This document shows positions 13,505 to 24,352 of a DNA stretch of 64,000 nucleotides, one piece after another. The stretch covers positions 170,226 to 234,225 of the forward strand of contig CAWJIR010000009.1 of NCBI GenBank assembly GCA_963843015.1, given 5' to 3'. Position 1 is the stretch's first letter, and each line of letters opens with the position of its first letter. This stretch comes from an uncultured Chloroflexia bacterium (GTDB lineage Bacteria > Chloroflexota > Limnocylindria > QHBO01). The notes under the pieces were generated by a model. That model was not told the DNA's origin, did not search any database, and saw nothing but the letters and a program-made list of their open reading frames with translations. The translations under genes were made by a program, and so were the position numbers.

Positions 13505-14318
13505 GTGCGGAGGTTCCCGGACCCGACGAGCCGCCTGGTCACCAGCCGCGGCGCGCAGTACCAGCTCGGCGGCGCGGTCCCCAGCCCCGCGGCGGCGTTC
13601 CTCGTCGCGCTCATCCTGCTCCCCACCCTGTTCTGGCTGGTCGCCCTCAAGCGGACGACGACCTACCTCCAGCCCGAGGAGTGGCTGATGCAGAACGTCG
13701 TCGTTCCCCTCCAGGCGTGGATGCAGGACAACCTGTCCATCGTGGATGCCACGCTGACCGCGATCAGCGCCCTGGGGTCGGGCTGGTTCGTGGCCCTCGG
13801 CTTCGCCGTCTGCGGCCTGGTCGCCCTCGCCAAGGGACGACGGGACCTCGCGCTGCTGCTGGCCCTCGGCACCCTGGCGTTCCCGATGGAGTGGGCGCTG
13901 AAGTTCTTCGTCGCCATGCCACCCATCTCCTTCGCGGAGCTCGTGGCGTCCATGTTCAACGTCGAGGGGTTCGGCCTCGACGACATCGCCGTCTTCCCGG
14001 CCGGCCATGCGCTGCGAGCCATGGCGTTCTACGGCCTCGTCGCGTTCTGCATCGCGCGCCTCTCGTCGGATCGGCGGCAGGGGATGATCGCCTATGCGGT
14101 GGCCGGGGTGCTCATCGTCAGCCATCGGTCTGGTCCGGATCTATCTCAACCTCCACTACCCGCTCGACGTCCTTGGCGGCTGGATCGCCGGTGCGGCCCT
14201 CGTATCGGTCCTGGTGGCCATCCACGTCCTGAACGTCGACGAGCAGATGCGCGTGACCGAGCGGCAGCGCGCGGCGGCGGAGCCGGGGCAGACCAGACCT
14301 GCGACGGCCGAGACCTAG
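13505..14318 (+). CDS. PAP2-family phosphatase (membrane), one frameshift
   Basis: Multiple transmembrane segments, then FPAGHALRAMAFYG and, in a second frame, IGLVRIYLNLHYPLDVLGGWIAGAALV. These are the PAP2 signature motifs. Confidence 0.65.
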
Positions 14319-14327
14319 CGGCCGGAC

Positions 14328-15000
14328 GTGCTGGAGTTCATCGACCAGACGGTCATCCCGTTCTTCCTGGACCTGTACGACACCCTCGGCTACGTCGGCG
14401 TGGCGGTGGGCGTGGCCCTGGAGACCTTCATCCCCATCATCCCGTCCGAGATCATCGTGCCCATGGCGGGCTGGAAGATCTCCCAGTCGGCAGCGGATCC
14501 GACGGTGACCGAATGGCTGACCGATGCGCCCTGGACCTTCATCGGGGTCATGGTGGCGGCCACCATCGGGGCGGCGGTCGGCTCGCTGGCCGGCTATCTC
14601 ATCGGCGCCTGGGGTGGTCGCCCACTGCTGGACCGATATGGACGCTACGTCCACATCAACGCCGATGACCTCGACCGCGCCGACGCCTGGTTCGCGCGCT
14701 ACGGCGGATGGGCCGTGTTCTTCGCCCGCTTCGTGCCGCTCCTGCGCGCCTTGATCAGCTACCCCGCCGGCGTGGCCCGCATGCCGCTGGGCCGGTACAT
14801 GGTCTTCTCGGTCGCGGGCTCGATCCCGTGGAACCTGGCCCTCGTCACCGCCGGCTGGCTGCTGGGCGAGAACTACGAGGCCCTGTACGAGGCGATCCGC
14901 CCGTTCGAGATCCTGATCTACGTCGTCGTCGTGCGTGGGCGGCGCCTTCATCCTGCTTCCGCTGGATCCGCGGTCGCGGCTCGCCTCGGGAGGTTTGACC
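14328..15000 (+). CDS. DedA/SNARE-associated (TVP38) family membrane protein
   Basis: MLEFIDQTVIPFFLDLYDTLGYVGVAVGVALETFIPIIPSEIIVPMAGW...RYGGWAVFFARFVPLLRALISYPAGVARMPLGRYMVFSVAGSIPWNLALVTAGWLLG. The C-terminal frame is uncertain; the listed ORF runs to 15098 and would overlap the riboswitch. Confidence 0.7.
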
Positions 15001-15044
15001 GGTCCGACGGTCGAGGTAGTGGCACGATCGGCGCAACTGAACGA

Positions 15045-15232
<188 letters not shown>

Positions 15233-15356
15233 CACGAGGCGTTCCTCCGACGACCCGCGAGACCGATCGGCGCTGCGCGCCCGCCGGATCCGCGGCGAGA
15301 CGGACCGATGGCCTCGCCGCTCCCCCGCCCCGCTGGCGCTGGCGCATGGGAGACCA

Positions 15357-16193
15357 ATGGCGAGCGAACCCCGATCCGGTCCGGCGATCACGATCGAGGA
15401 CCTGGCCGTCACGTTTTCCGGCCCTGCCGGGCCGCTCACCGCCCTGGACGGGTTGAGCGGGGAGGTGGCCGGCGGGGAGCTGCTGGCGGTCATCGGTCCG
15501 AACGGATCCGGCAAGAGCACCCTCCTGCGGGCGCTGGCCGGGCTGCTGCCGCCGACCGCGGGGCGCATCGGTCTGGCGCCCGATGGATCACCGCCGCGCG
15601 CCGGTGATGGCCGGGTCGGGCTCGTCTTCCAGCAGCCGCGCCTCCTCGGCTGGCGATCGACGCTGGACAACGTCACCCTCCCGCTCGAGCTGGAGGGCGT
15701 GCCGGCCGCCGAGCGCCGAGCGGCGGGGGAGCGGGCTCTGGCCCAGGTCGGCCTGACCGATGTCGCCGGCCTTCGGCCCCGCGAGCTGTCGGGCGGGATG
15801 CAGCAGCGGGTCGCGCTGGCCCGGTCGCTGGTCACCGACCCGCCGATCCTGCTCCTCGACGAGCCGTTCAGCGCCCTCGACGCCCTGACGCGCGACGCGT
15901 TCGATGCCCAGCTCGAGGCGCTGTGGCTGGCCGACCGGCGGACGGTGGTCCTGGTCACGCACTCGGTCAGCGAGGCCGTCCGGCTGGCCGACCGGATCTG
16001 GGTCCTGACTCCGCGCCCGGGCCGGGTCGCGGCCGAGATCCCGGTTCCGCTGCCGCGCCCTCGGCCGGCCAGTGCGTCGGCGGATCCGTGCGGCAGCCGC
16101 CGTCGAGGCCCAGGTTCGCGCCGCGCTGGCATCGGTCCATGCGCCCGAGCTCGAGGGCTGGGCCGAGGCGCCGCCGGAGGTCGCGGCATGAGC
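15357..16193 (+). CDS. ABC transporter ATP-binding protein (NitT/TauT family; RibXY-type riboflavin importer ATPase candidate), frameshifted near 16070
   Basis: Walker A GPNGSGKST, Q-loop, signature LSGGMQQRVALARSL, Walker B ILLLDEPFSALD, H-loop VTHS. Its stop overlaps the next ATG as ATGA. Confidence 0.8.
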
Positions 16194-16946
16194 GCCGTTC
16201 TGCGCCGGCTCGGCGCTGGTCGCTGCTGAGCGCCGCCGGGTTCCTGCGTCGTCTGGAGGCTCGTGGTGGTCATCGGCGACTACCCCGAGTACATCCTCCC
16301 CGCGCCGGAGGTCGTGGCCGCCCGTGCGGTGGAGGCCATCCAGAACGGGACGCTCCAGCCGCACCTGGCGGCGACGCTGGAGGAGAGCGTCATCGGCTTC
16401 GTCGTCGGGGCCGCGGTGGCGGTCGCGGTCGGGCATCCTGTTGGCCAAGAGCCTGACCGCCGAGCGGGTCCTGTCGCCGTACCTCGTCGCCGCCCAGGCG
16501 GTGCCCATCCTCGCCCTCGCGCCCGCTGATCGACATCTGGTTCGGCGGCGGGCTGACCGCGCGGGTCGTGATCTGCGCCCTGATCGTGTTCTTCCCGATC
16601 GCGATCGCGACCATGGTCGGCATCCGCGGCACCGACCCGCTGCTGGTCGAGATGGCGCGCGCCAACGGCGCCCGCGGTCCGCAGATCACCCGGCTGCTCG
16701 AGATTCCGACGGCCATGCCCGTCCTGTTCGGCGGGCTGCGGGTGGGCGTGACCCTGGCGGTCATCGGTGCGGTCGTGGCCGAGTGGGCCGGCGCCAGCGT
16801 CGGGCCTGGGCGTCCTGATCAACATTGCCGACCAGGGCCTGTTCGACACCCCGCTCATGTTCGTGGCCCTCGCCACCCTGGCCCTGCTGGGCCTGACCTT
16901 CTATGCCGTCGTGCTCCTCGCCGAGCGCGTGATGGTTCCCCGTTGA
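16188..16946 (+). CDS. ABC transporter permease (NitT/TauT family), frameshifted at least three times
   Basis: MSAVLRRLGAG..WSLLSAAGFLVVWRLVVVIGDYPEYILPAPEVV...VIGFVVGAAVAVAVG...SPYLVAAQAVPILALAP...LIDIWFGGGLTARVVICALIVFFPIAIATMVGIRGTDPLLVEMARANGA...GGLRVGVTLAVIGAVVAEWAGAS.. reconstructed across frames. Confidence 0.7.
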
Positions 16947-16963
16947 GCCCCGAAAGGAAACCG

Positions 16964-18019
16964 ATGCGTCCTCGCGCCCTGTCCCTGGCCGTCGCTCTCA
17001 CCCTGGCCGTTGCGGCCTGCACCCCGAGCGCGTCGCCGAGCCCGAGCGCCAGCGCGGAGCCGTGCGCCAAGCGGCCTCCGGCAGCCCGCCGTGGCGAGCT
17101 GCGCCAGGTGCGCCTCCTGCTCGGCTTCCGACCCGACGTCCAGTTCGCGCCGTTCTACCTGGCCCAGCAGGACGGCTATTTCGAGCGCGCTGGGCTGGAG
17201 GTCACCATCGAGCATGCCGATGCCGGCGAGCTCATCCGCCTGGTGGCCGACGGCCAGGCCGAGTTCGGGGTGGCGGATGCGACCGACGTGATGATCGCCC
17301 GCACACGGCGGCATCCCGATCAAGCTACATCTCGACCCTCTATCAGTATCTTCCCGGTTGCCGTGATCGGCCCGGTCGGAGCGGTGCCGTCGGATCCGGC
17401 AGACCTGGCCGGGATGACCATCGGGACGCCCGGCCGGTTCGGCTCCTCATGGCACGCTCTGCTGGCGCTGCTGGATGCCGGCGGGCTGACGCCGGATGAC
17501 GTGACGATCCGCGAGTACCCGCAGTTCAACCAGGTCGAGGGGCTGCTCGAACGGCGACGTCGACCTCATCACGGGCTTCCGCAACAACGAACCGCTGCGC
17601 CTGGCGGCCGAGGGCATGGACACGGAGCTCCTGACGGTCGACGAGGTCGCGCCGCTGCCGGGGCCGGGAGTGATCGCCGGAGACGAGCTGCTGGACACCG
17701 ACGTCGAGCTCGCGTCCTCCTTCGCCGCCGCCGTGGTGCTCGCCCAGCAGGCGATCGAGCGCAGAGCCCGAGGTCGGCCTTCAGGCGGCCGTCGAGGCGG
17801 TCCCCACGCATCGCCGAGGACGAGGCGACGGCCATGGCCGTGCTCGAGGCGACGATCCCGATCTGGCTCGGCGCCGGAGCCCGGAATCGACGGCGAGTGA
17901 TCAACGAAGCCGTCTGGCAGAGCGGGCACGCAGATCATGCTCGATCTCGGGTTCATCGACGGGTCGGTCCCGATGGAGGACATGATCGAGCCGGTCCACG
18001 ACCGCGATCCGACCAGCTA
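16964..18019 (+). CDS. ABC transporter substrate-binding lipoprotein (NMT1/THI5-like, ThiY/RibY-type), frameshifted
   Basis: MRPRALSLAVALTLAVAACTPSASPS has a lipobox (VAAC). Then ...RQVRLLLGFRPDVQFAPFYLAQQDGYFERAGLEVTIEHADAGELIRLVADGQAEFGVADATDVMIA... and ...GMTIGTPGRFGSSWHALLALLDAGGLTPDDVTIREYPQFNQVEGLL...VDLITGFRNNEPLRLAAEGMDTELLTVDEVA... in a second frame. Confidence 0.7.
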
Positions 18020-18765
18020 GCCGCCGATCAGGAATACGAGGCCGGCCACCGACGAGGACGACCTCGATGACGGCGACGAAGATCCGCTCCGGACATCCGG
18101 TCCACGATCCGCTTGCCGATCCACGAGCCGGCGATCATGGCCGGCGCCATCAGCAGGCCGATGCCCACAGTGAGCGGCGGTCAGGATCGCCGCAATGCCG
18201 TAGGCGACGAGCTTGGCCAGCGTGCATGACGACGCGTCGCCGCCGCTTCGGTCCCGATGTAGGCGCTCTTCACCAGCCCGGCGGCGAGGAAGAACGGCGC
18301 CATGATCGGCCCGATGGATCCGACCAGGGCGGACGCGAACGCGAAGACGGCGCCGATGACGGTGAAGGTCTCGGGCCCGAGGACACCGGACGGCCGCGGC
18401 CGGAGGTGGCGCCACGCGACCGAGGCCAGCAGGAACGCGCCGATGAGCCGGGTCAACGCCTCGAGCGGGGCGGCCGCGAACAGGAAACCGCCGATCAGCG
18501 CGGCCGGGATGCCGCCCAGCGCGAACCAGCCGACGATCGGCCACGCGATCGCGCCGCGGTTGAGGGCAACCCGCGAGCCATTGCTGACAAGCCCGGCGAC
18601 GGCCAGGATCGGGATCGCATCGCGTGGCCCGAACAGCGCGACCAGGACCGGGAGCAGGATGGCCGCTCCGCCGAAACCGGCGACCGCGGCCACGATGCTG
18701 GCCGCGAAGGCGGCGGCCAGCAGCAGGGCTACCTCGGGGAGGAGCTCGATGACGGGGCCCGCCAT
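18017..18765 (-). CDS. TauE/SafE (DUF81) family anion exporter, frameshifted near the C-terminus
   Basis: MAGPVIELLPEVALLLAAAFAASIVAAVAGFGGAAILLPVLVALFG...LAVAGLVSNGSRVALNRGAIAWPIVGWFALGGIPAALIGG.... Its stop is convergent with, and overlaps, the substrate-binding protein stop. Confidence 0.65.
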
Positions 18766-18774
18766 CGGTATCGG

Positions 18775-19639
18775 TCAGGCGCGCGGAGCGGATGCCGCCA
18801 GGCGTTCCGCGGCGGTGACGACCTGGTCGAGGAGCATGATCGTGGTCACCGGACCAACGCCGCCCGGGACCGGGGTGATGGCGGCCACCAGCGGCTGAAC
18901 CCGCTCGTAGTCCACGTCGCCGACCACGCCGTCCGGGGTGACGTTGATGCCGCAGTCCACGACCACCGTCTGGGCATTGACGTGCTCCGGACCGATGAGT
19001 CTCGGCTTGCCGACCGCGACGACCAGGATCTCGGCCTGCTGGGTCTCGGCGACGACGTCCTCGGTCTCGCTGTGGGCGACCGTCACCTCCGCCCGGTGGT
19101 TGGCGAGGAGGGCGGCGGTGGGCTGGCCGACCACCTTCGACCGGCCGACGACCACGACCCGGCGGCCGGTGATGGGGACCTGGTAGTGGCGGAGGATCTC
19201 GAGAACGGCCACCGCGGTGGCCGGGACGAAGGCCTCCTCGCCGCGGGCCAGCCGGTCGGCATTGACCGGGCTTGCGCCGTCCACGTCCTTGGCCGGGTCG
19301 ACCAGGCTGCCGACCGCGTCGGGGTCGAGGTGGGCGGGCACGGGATAGATGACCACGATCCCCGCCACTGCGGGGTCGGCGTTCAGGGCGCCGATGGCGG
19401 CGGCGGCATCGGTCAGGTCGACGTCGTCCGCCAGTCGAACGTCCGACGGAGCCACGCCGATGGCGCTGGCGGCTCGGGCGAGGCTCTGGGCATAGGCGAC
19501 CTCGGGTCCGGTGTCCGCGAAGCGGACGATGGCCAGGCCGGGACCGCTCCCGCCGCGGGTCAGCTGCGCGACGCGGTTCGGTGAGGTCCTCGCGATGGAG
19601 GGCCGCGATCGAGCGGCCGTCGAGGATCTGGCCACTCAT
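18775..19639 (-). CDS. folD: Bifunctional 5,10-methylene-THF dehydrogenase / 5,10-methenyl-THF cyclohydrolase
   Basis: MSGQILDGRSIAA... (frame 1), then ...VAQLTRGGSGPGLAIVRFADTGPEVAYAQS...LVDPAKDVDGASPVNADRLARGE...TVAHSETEDVVAETQQAEILVVAVGKPRLI...VVVDCGINVTPDG.VGDVDYE. Confidence 0.85.
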
Positions 19640-20289
19640 CCGGCGATCCGCTGCCGGACCGCCGCGAGCGCCTCTCCCTCGCGCTGCGCCACCGCCGACT
19701 CCAGCTCCGCGAGCCGTCGAGCGCCGTCCAGCCGCAGCGGGTGGTCGTCCGGCAGCGCCGGCAGGTTGATGGCCACGTTGAAGGCCGCTCCCCGGGCGGC
19801 GGCCGCCGCGAACAGGGCGGCGACGCCGGCATCGCTGATCGCGTTCCGGTTCCCGATGGGCGCCATGCGGGCCGCCAGGTCCAGGACATCGAGGGCCAGG
19901 CGCATGACGCGGAGCGGGACCTCGGTGGCCGCAACCGAGGCATCGGCAATGGCGGCCTTGCGGGCTGCCTTCTCGTCGTCCGTCTCGCGTGGCAGGCGAC
20001 GCGCCTCCGCCACGCGGTCGTACGCGGCGGCGTCCTCCTGGGCGGCGTCGAGCAGGGCAACGCGCAGCTCGCCGGCAGCCGCACCGATCTGGCGGGCGAC
20101 GGGGTCCACCTCCTCGTACTGCGGGTGTCCGACCGTCAGCTCGCAGACCATCTCGACCAGCGCGGCTCCCAGCGCTCCGCCGAGGGCGCTCGCGCTTCCA
20201 CCGCCCGGCGTCGGCGCGCGCGAGGCGAGCCGTTCCGTGAGGTCACGGACGGTCAGCTCAGCGAGCGAGGGAGGCGGGGCGCTGCTCAT
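19636..20289 (-). CDS. Formimidoyltetrahydrofolate cyclodeaminase (stand-alone FTCD C-domain)
   Basis: MSSAPPPSLAELTVRDLTERLASRAPTPGGGSASALGGALGAALVEMVCELTVGHPQYEE...LPRETDDEKAARKAAIADASVAATEVPLRVMRLALDVLDLAARMAPIGNRNAISDAGVAALFAAAAARGAAFNVAINL. Its stop overlaps the folD start. Confidence 0.75.
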   Translation of the reverse strand: MSSAPPPSLAELTVRDLTERLASRAPTPGGGSASALGGALGAALVEMVCELTVGHPQYEEVDPVARQIGAAAGELRVALLDAAQEDAAAYDRVAEARRLPRETDDEKAARKAAIADASVAATEVPLRVMRLALDVLDLAARMAPIGNRNAISDAGVAALFAAAAARGAAFNVAINLPALPDDHPLRLDGARRLAELESAVAQREGEALAAVRQRIAG

Positions 20290-20385
20290 CGGCAGCCGAT
20301 TGTACGGGCAGGCACGTGGATGCCCGGCGGGTGCGCGGGAGAGGGGACGCGGCACCCACCGGGCGGCGGATTGGGACCGGGGCGT

Positions 20386-20649
20386 CTAGGCGGCGGCGTC
20401 CAGGGCGTCGACGAACCAGCGCCGCCGGCGGGCGTCGAAGACCAGCTCCAGCGATTCACCCGAATCAACGTCCACCACCACCGTCAGCCGAGGTGAGCTG
20501 CCCGCCGGATAGGCGGCCCGCTCGTCGCGGACGGCCCCGACCCGGACGACCCGCAGGTCGCGGTCCGCGAACCGGACCCGGGCCGGGAGCGCGTGCCGCG
20601 CGTCCCAGGCCACCGAGGCCGCGACCGGGGTGATGGAGACGAGTGCCAT
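20386..20649 (-). CDS. Small hypothetical protein (87 aa) directly downstream of a LexA-box promoter; candidate SOS-induced effector
   Basis: MALVSITPVAASVAWDARHALPARVRFADRDLRVVRVGAVRDERAAYPAGSSPRLTVVVDVDSGESLELVFDARRRRWFVDALDAAA. There is no transmembrane segment. The start sits 7 nt after a TATTGT -10 element, so the mRNA would be leaderless. Confidence 0.45.
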   Translation of the reverse strand: MALVSITPVAASVAWDARHALPARVRFADRDLRVVRVGAVRDERAAYPAGSSPRLTVVVDVDSGESLELVFDARRRRWFVDALDAAA

Positions 20650-20662
20650 GCCCGTCACAATA

Positions 20663-20686
20663 CGAACAGATGTTCTAGTTGTCAAG
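20663..20686 (-). promoter_or_regulatory. SOS promoter with Cheo-type LexA operator (GAACagatGTTC) between -35 and -10
   Basis: The minus strand reads cTTGACAactaGAACatctGTTCgTATTGTgacgggcATG. That is -35 TTGACA, a 17-nt spacer containing the palindrome GAAC-N4-GTTC, -10 TATTGT, then a 7-nt gap to the ATG of the small ORF. The operator overlaps the dinB stop codon. Confidence 0.7.
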
Positions 20687-21870
20687 ATCCTTCGTCGCCC
20701 GTTCCGTCGGACGATCGGAGAACCGCCGATCGGGCGCCTCGCGGAGCAGTCGGGCCCGCGTGATGGCCTTGTCGCCGAACCGGTCACGAACCGCATCGGT
20801 CGCCTCCGCCAGGCGCTGGACACGCTGTCCGTCCTCGAACAGGGTGAGCTGCTGGGCGTTCGCCAGGGAGATGCCGGTGATCCCGATCAACCGAACCGCG
20901 CGACCCGGCTCGAGGGTCTTGTCCAGCAGCGCCCGAGCGGCCTCCAGGATGAGCTGGCTGTCGGTCGTCGGGTGGGGGAGGTGGCTCTGGCGCGTCAGCG
21001 TCTCGAAACCCTCGTACCGGAGCTTCAGCTGCACCCCGCCCGCCGCAAGCCCGTGACGCCGCAGCCGGCTGGCCACCGATTCGGCGATCCACAGCAGGGA
21101 CCCGTCCAGGCCGCTCCGCTCGGTGACGTCGGCGTTGAACGTGTGCTCATGACCGATGGATTTCGGCGCCTGCCCGGAGGTCACCCGAGAGGGGTCGATC
21201 CCGCGAGCCCGTTGCCCGAGCTCCACCCCCATCCGCCCGAACCGGCGGCGCAACGTCTCTGCGGGGACCGCTGCCAGCTGACCGATGGTCGTCACCCCGT
21301 AGTCGGCCAGTGCCTGGCGGACGCGGGGGCCCACTCCCCAGAGGCGGGTCACCGGCAGCGGGGCCAGGAATGCGGCCTCCTCGCCGGGCTCGACGATGAC
21401 CAGGGCATCGGGCTTGCGAAGGTCCGAGGCCACCTTGGCGACAAGCTTGTTCGTCGCCACCCCGACGCTGACCACCAGCCCGACTTCCTCGCGGACGCGA
21501 GACTTCAGCGCCCGACCGATGGTCGGCCCGTCACCCGCGGGTGCTCCGCTGACGTCGAGGAAGGCCTCGTCCATGCTGATCGGCTCCACCAGCGGGGTGT
21601 AGTCGTCGAAGATGGCCATCACCTGGTGGCTGACCTCGGCGTACCGCTCGAAGCGGCCCGGCAGGAACGCGGCCTGGGGACAGAGGCGGGCCGCCGTCCG
21701 CAGCGGCATGGCGGAATGGACCCCGAACGCGCGAGCCTCGTACGACGCGGCGCTCACCACGCCGCGGTCGTCCGGGTCCGCCGCCGACGATGACCGGGCG
21801 ACCGACGCAGGGACGGGTCGTCGTGGACCTCGACCGAGGCGTAGAACGCGTCCATGTCGGCGTGGATGAT
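20675..21870 (-). CDS. dinB: DNA polymerase IV (Y-family), N-terminal frameshift
   Basis: [33 protein letters not shown].. (frame 1), then ...[73 protein letters not shown]...[16 protein letters not shown]..., which is colinear with DinB. Confidence 0.85.
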
Positions 21871-21874
21871 CGTG

Positions 21875-23047
21875 CGCATCGGTCAGGCTCGGTCAGGTCG
21901 GTTCCCGGGTACCGATGGTACGCACTCTGCCCGAGCAGCGGCAGCAGGCGGGCCGCCTCCGACTCGAGCGCTTCGCGGTCGCTCGCCCTCAGGCGGCCGA
22001 AGGGCCGCAGGTCGAGCCGCGGCGACCCGCCGCTGTCCAGCTTCGGCAGCCACGTCCCGGCGACCAAGCCGTCGACCAGGAAGGTGGGGAGCACGTCCGC
22101 GTTCTTGGTGATGACGGTGGCCTGGTGCTCCGGCGGCAGGACCCGCGCTCGGTGGGCGGTGCCGTAGGCCAGCAGCAGGCTGTCCCAACGGGCGAGGAGC
22201 CGGGGAGGGGCGGGCGTGTCCGCGTCCGGTCGCGGTGCGCCAGGCAGGTCGACCAGGGTCCGGCCCGCTTCGTCGCTGAACTCGATCAGCTCCTCGTCGC
22301 ATGCCGTTCACCACCGACCGCCAGCGGCCGACGTTTCTCCCTCGCCCGACGTAGGCGACCAGATCCTCGACGCTCGCCGGGCCGAAGGCGGCGAGGTAGT
22401 GGCGGGTCAGCCGTGCCGCGGCGAGATCGGGGTCGGCCTCATCCGCGCGCGGCGGCCCGAGCCACTCCGCGGCGGGCAGGTACCGGGCCCGGCCGTAGGT
22501 CTCCTCGGGATAGGGGACGTGGATGAGCGGGACCGTGCCGCTGAAATGCCGCCACAGCGGTCGGTTGGGCGGGATCGCGGTCCGCCCCATCTCCGACTGG
22601 AGGATGGCCTCGATCTCGTGGATCGCCAGCGGTCGCTCGGCCATGGCCGCCAGGACCGACCGCGTGCGCCTTCCCGATCCGCTTGCCGAGCGGCGAGGTG
22701 GCCGGATCGCGCTTGAAGAGGAGCCGCCACTGGTCGAGGCGGAACGGATGGGTGAGCGTGGACATCGGCCAGAAGTCCGCCGCGCTCACGACGTGGACCG
22801 TCATCCGCATCAGCGAGCCGCGGACGACGGTGCGACGGGCGCGTGCCCGGTAGAGGTCGACCGGCGCCGCGGTCGCGGGCAGCCGCGCCATGAGCGCGAG
22901 CGGCGGCCAATCCGGGTGCTGGGCCTGCAGCGATCCGGCCCGCTCGACGAGCCGCGCCGCCGACGCGTGTGGCAACGGCGTCAGCAGGCCCTGGCGGGCG
23001 AGCGTGGCCCGGTTCAGCGCGCGGAGGGTCAGGAGCGGCGGAGACAT
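21875..23047 (-). CDS. YcaQ/AlkZ-family winged-helix DNA glycosylase-like protein (DUF1006), frameshifted
   Basis: [24 protein letters not shown]...[26 protein letters not shown]...[27 protein letters not shown]..., ...[18 protein letters not shown]...[33 protein letters not shown]..., and C-terminus ...[55 protein letters not shown]. The order and motifs follow E. coli YcaQ / Streptomyces AlkZ (interstrand-crosslink glycosylases). Confidence 0.55.
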
Positions 23048-23098
23048 CGGTCTGGCTCCAGCCTAGCGACGGCGCTGCCGCCGCCACGGGTCACGTGG

Positions 23099-23762
23099 TC
23101 AGAGCTTGCGAATGACGCCGACGACCTTGCCCTGGATCTGGAGATCGGTGGCGTAGATGGGTTCGAGCTCCGCATTGGCCGGCTGGAGGCGGATGCGTCC
23201 GTCCTCGCGGAAGAACCGCTTCAGCGTCACGCCGTTGTCCTCGAGCAGTGCCACGACGATGTCGCCGTCCTGGGCGGTGGCCTGGGGCTGGACGATGACG
23301 AAGTCGCCGTCGTCGATGAGGGCATCGATCATGCTCTTGCCCCGAACCCGGAGAACGTACGAATCCTCGCGAGCCTGGATGGATCGCGGAACCTCCATCG
23401 GCTCCGGGTCCTGGTAGGCCTCGATGGGCTGGCCGGCGGCGATCTCGCCGACCAGCGGCAGCGCGATGGGATCGCGTTCGATCGGCATCCGGAAGGGGGT
23501 GATCGTCCCACCCGTCGAGTGCGGCGGCGCCAGGCGAGGCCTCGGCCTCGGCCGTGAGCCGGAGCGCACGCGACGAGCGGCTGCCACGCTCGAGCAGTCC
23601 GGAGCGTTCCAGGGCAACCAGGTGGTGATGGACGGCCGACGTGGACGCCAGCCCGACCGCGTCGGCGATCTCGCGCACGGATGGCGGGTAGCCCCGCTCC
23701 GCCACGGTCCGGGCAATGAACTCGATGATGCGCTGCCGCCGCTCGGCGTCGTGCCGGGTCAC
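23099..23762 (-). CDS. lexA: LexA repressor (N-terminal frameshift)
   Basis: N-terminus MTRHDAERRQRIIEFIARTVAERGYPPSVREIADAVGLASTSAVHHHLVALERSGLLER (winged HTH). C-terminus ...ALPLVGEIAAGQPIEAYQD...SYVLRVRGKSMIDALIDDGDFVIVQPQATAQDGDIVVALLEDNGVTLKRFFREDGRIRLQPANAELEPIYATDLQIQGKVVGVIRKL carries the S24 peptidase Ser/Lys motifs GKSM...K. Confidence 0.85.
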
Positions 23763-23778
23763 GCCGTCGCAGCCTAGC

Positions 23779-23815
23779 AGAACACCTGTTCTATTGTCAA
23801 TTGCTCTGCTATGAT
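23779..23815. promoter_or_regulatory. Divergent SOS promoter region: Cheo-type LexA operator GAACacctGTTC inside the lexA promoter and next to a TGcTATGAT extended -10 for the divergent DUF1232 gene
   Basis: The minus strand reads gagcaaTTGACAatagaacaggtgttctgcTAGGCTgcgacggcGTG(lexA start). That is -35 TTGACA, an 18-nt spacer containing GAAC-N4-GTTC, -10 TAGGCT, and a leaderless-type start. On the plus strand tgcTATGAT (23807-23815) lies ~45 nt upstream of the DUF1232 ATG. Confidence 0.7.
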
Positions 23816-23859
23816 CCGCGCCCACCAAATCTGCGTCGGACCGGAGACCGATACCGATC

Positions 23860-24350
23860 GTGATGCGTCCCGGCCGGTGGCGCTATCTGCGCACCGCCAA
23901 GGTCATGCTCCAGTTCCCCACCTACGCCCGCCTGGTGTGGGGGCTCGCCCGCGACGCGCGGACCCCGATCGGTCTGAAGCTCCTGCTGGGCGCGGCGATC
24001 ACCTACGTCGTCACCCCGCTCGACCTGATCCCGGACGTGGTTCCCATCCTCGGCCACGCCGACGACCTCACCGTCCTGCTCCTGGTGCTGGACGTGTTCA
24101 TCAGCAACGCGCCGGCGGCCGTCCGCGACGAGCACCTCGCCCGGGCCCGTACGGGCCAGGCGGTCCTCGACGAGGACCTCGCCCAGCTGCGGTCCCTGCT
24201 CGGCGGCACGGTTCGACCGGATTCGCGACGCGCTCCCGCAGCTGCTCGAGCGGTTCGGCGCGCTCGGCGACTCCGACGAGGTCAAGCACCAGATCGCCGA
24301 GTGGCGCGCCGCGAGCCGCGCGGGCCACGCCGGCGAAGGAGGTCGCTGGG
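23860..24350 (+). CDS. DUF1232 (YkvA-like) small membrane protein, divergent from lexA; 3' end frameshifted
   Basis: [83 protein letters not shown] matches the DUF1232 core (LL..A..Y..SPIDLIPD..P..G..DD). Confidence 0.6.
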
Positions 24351-24352
24351 CG

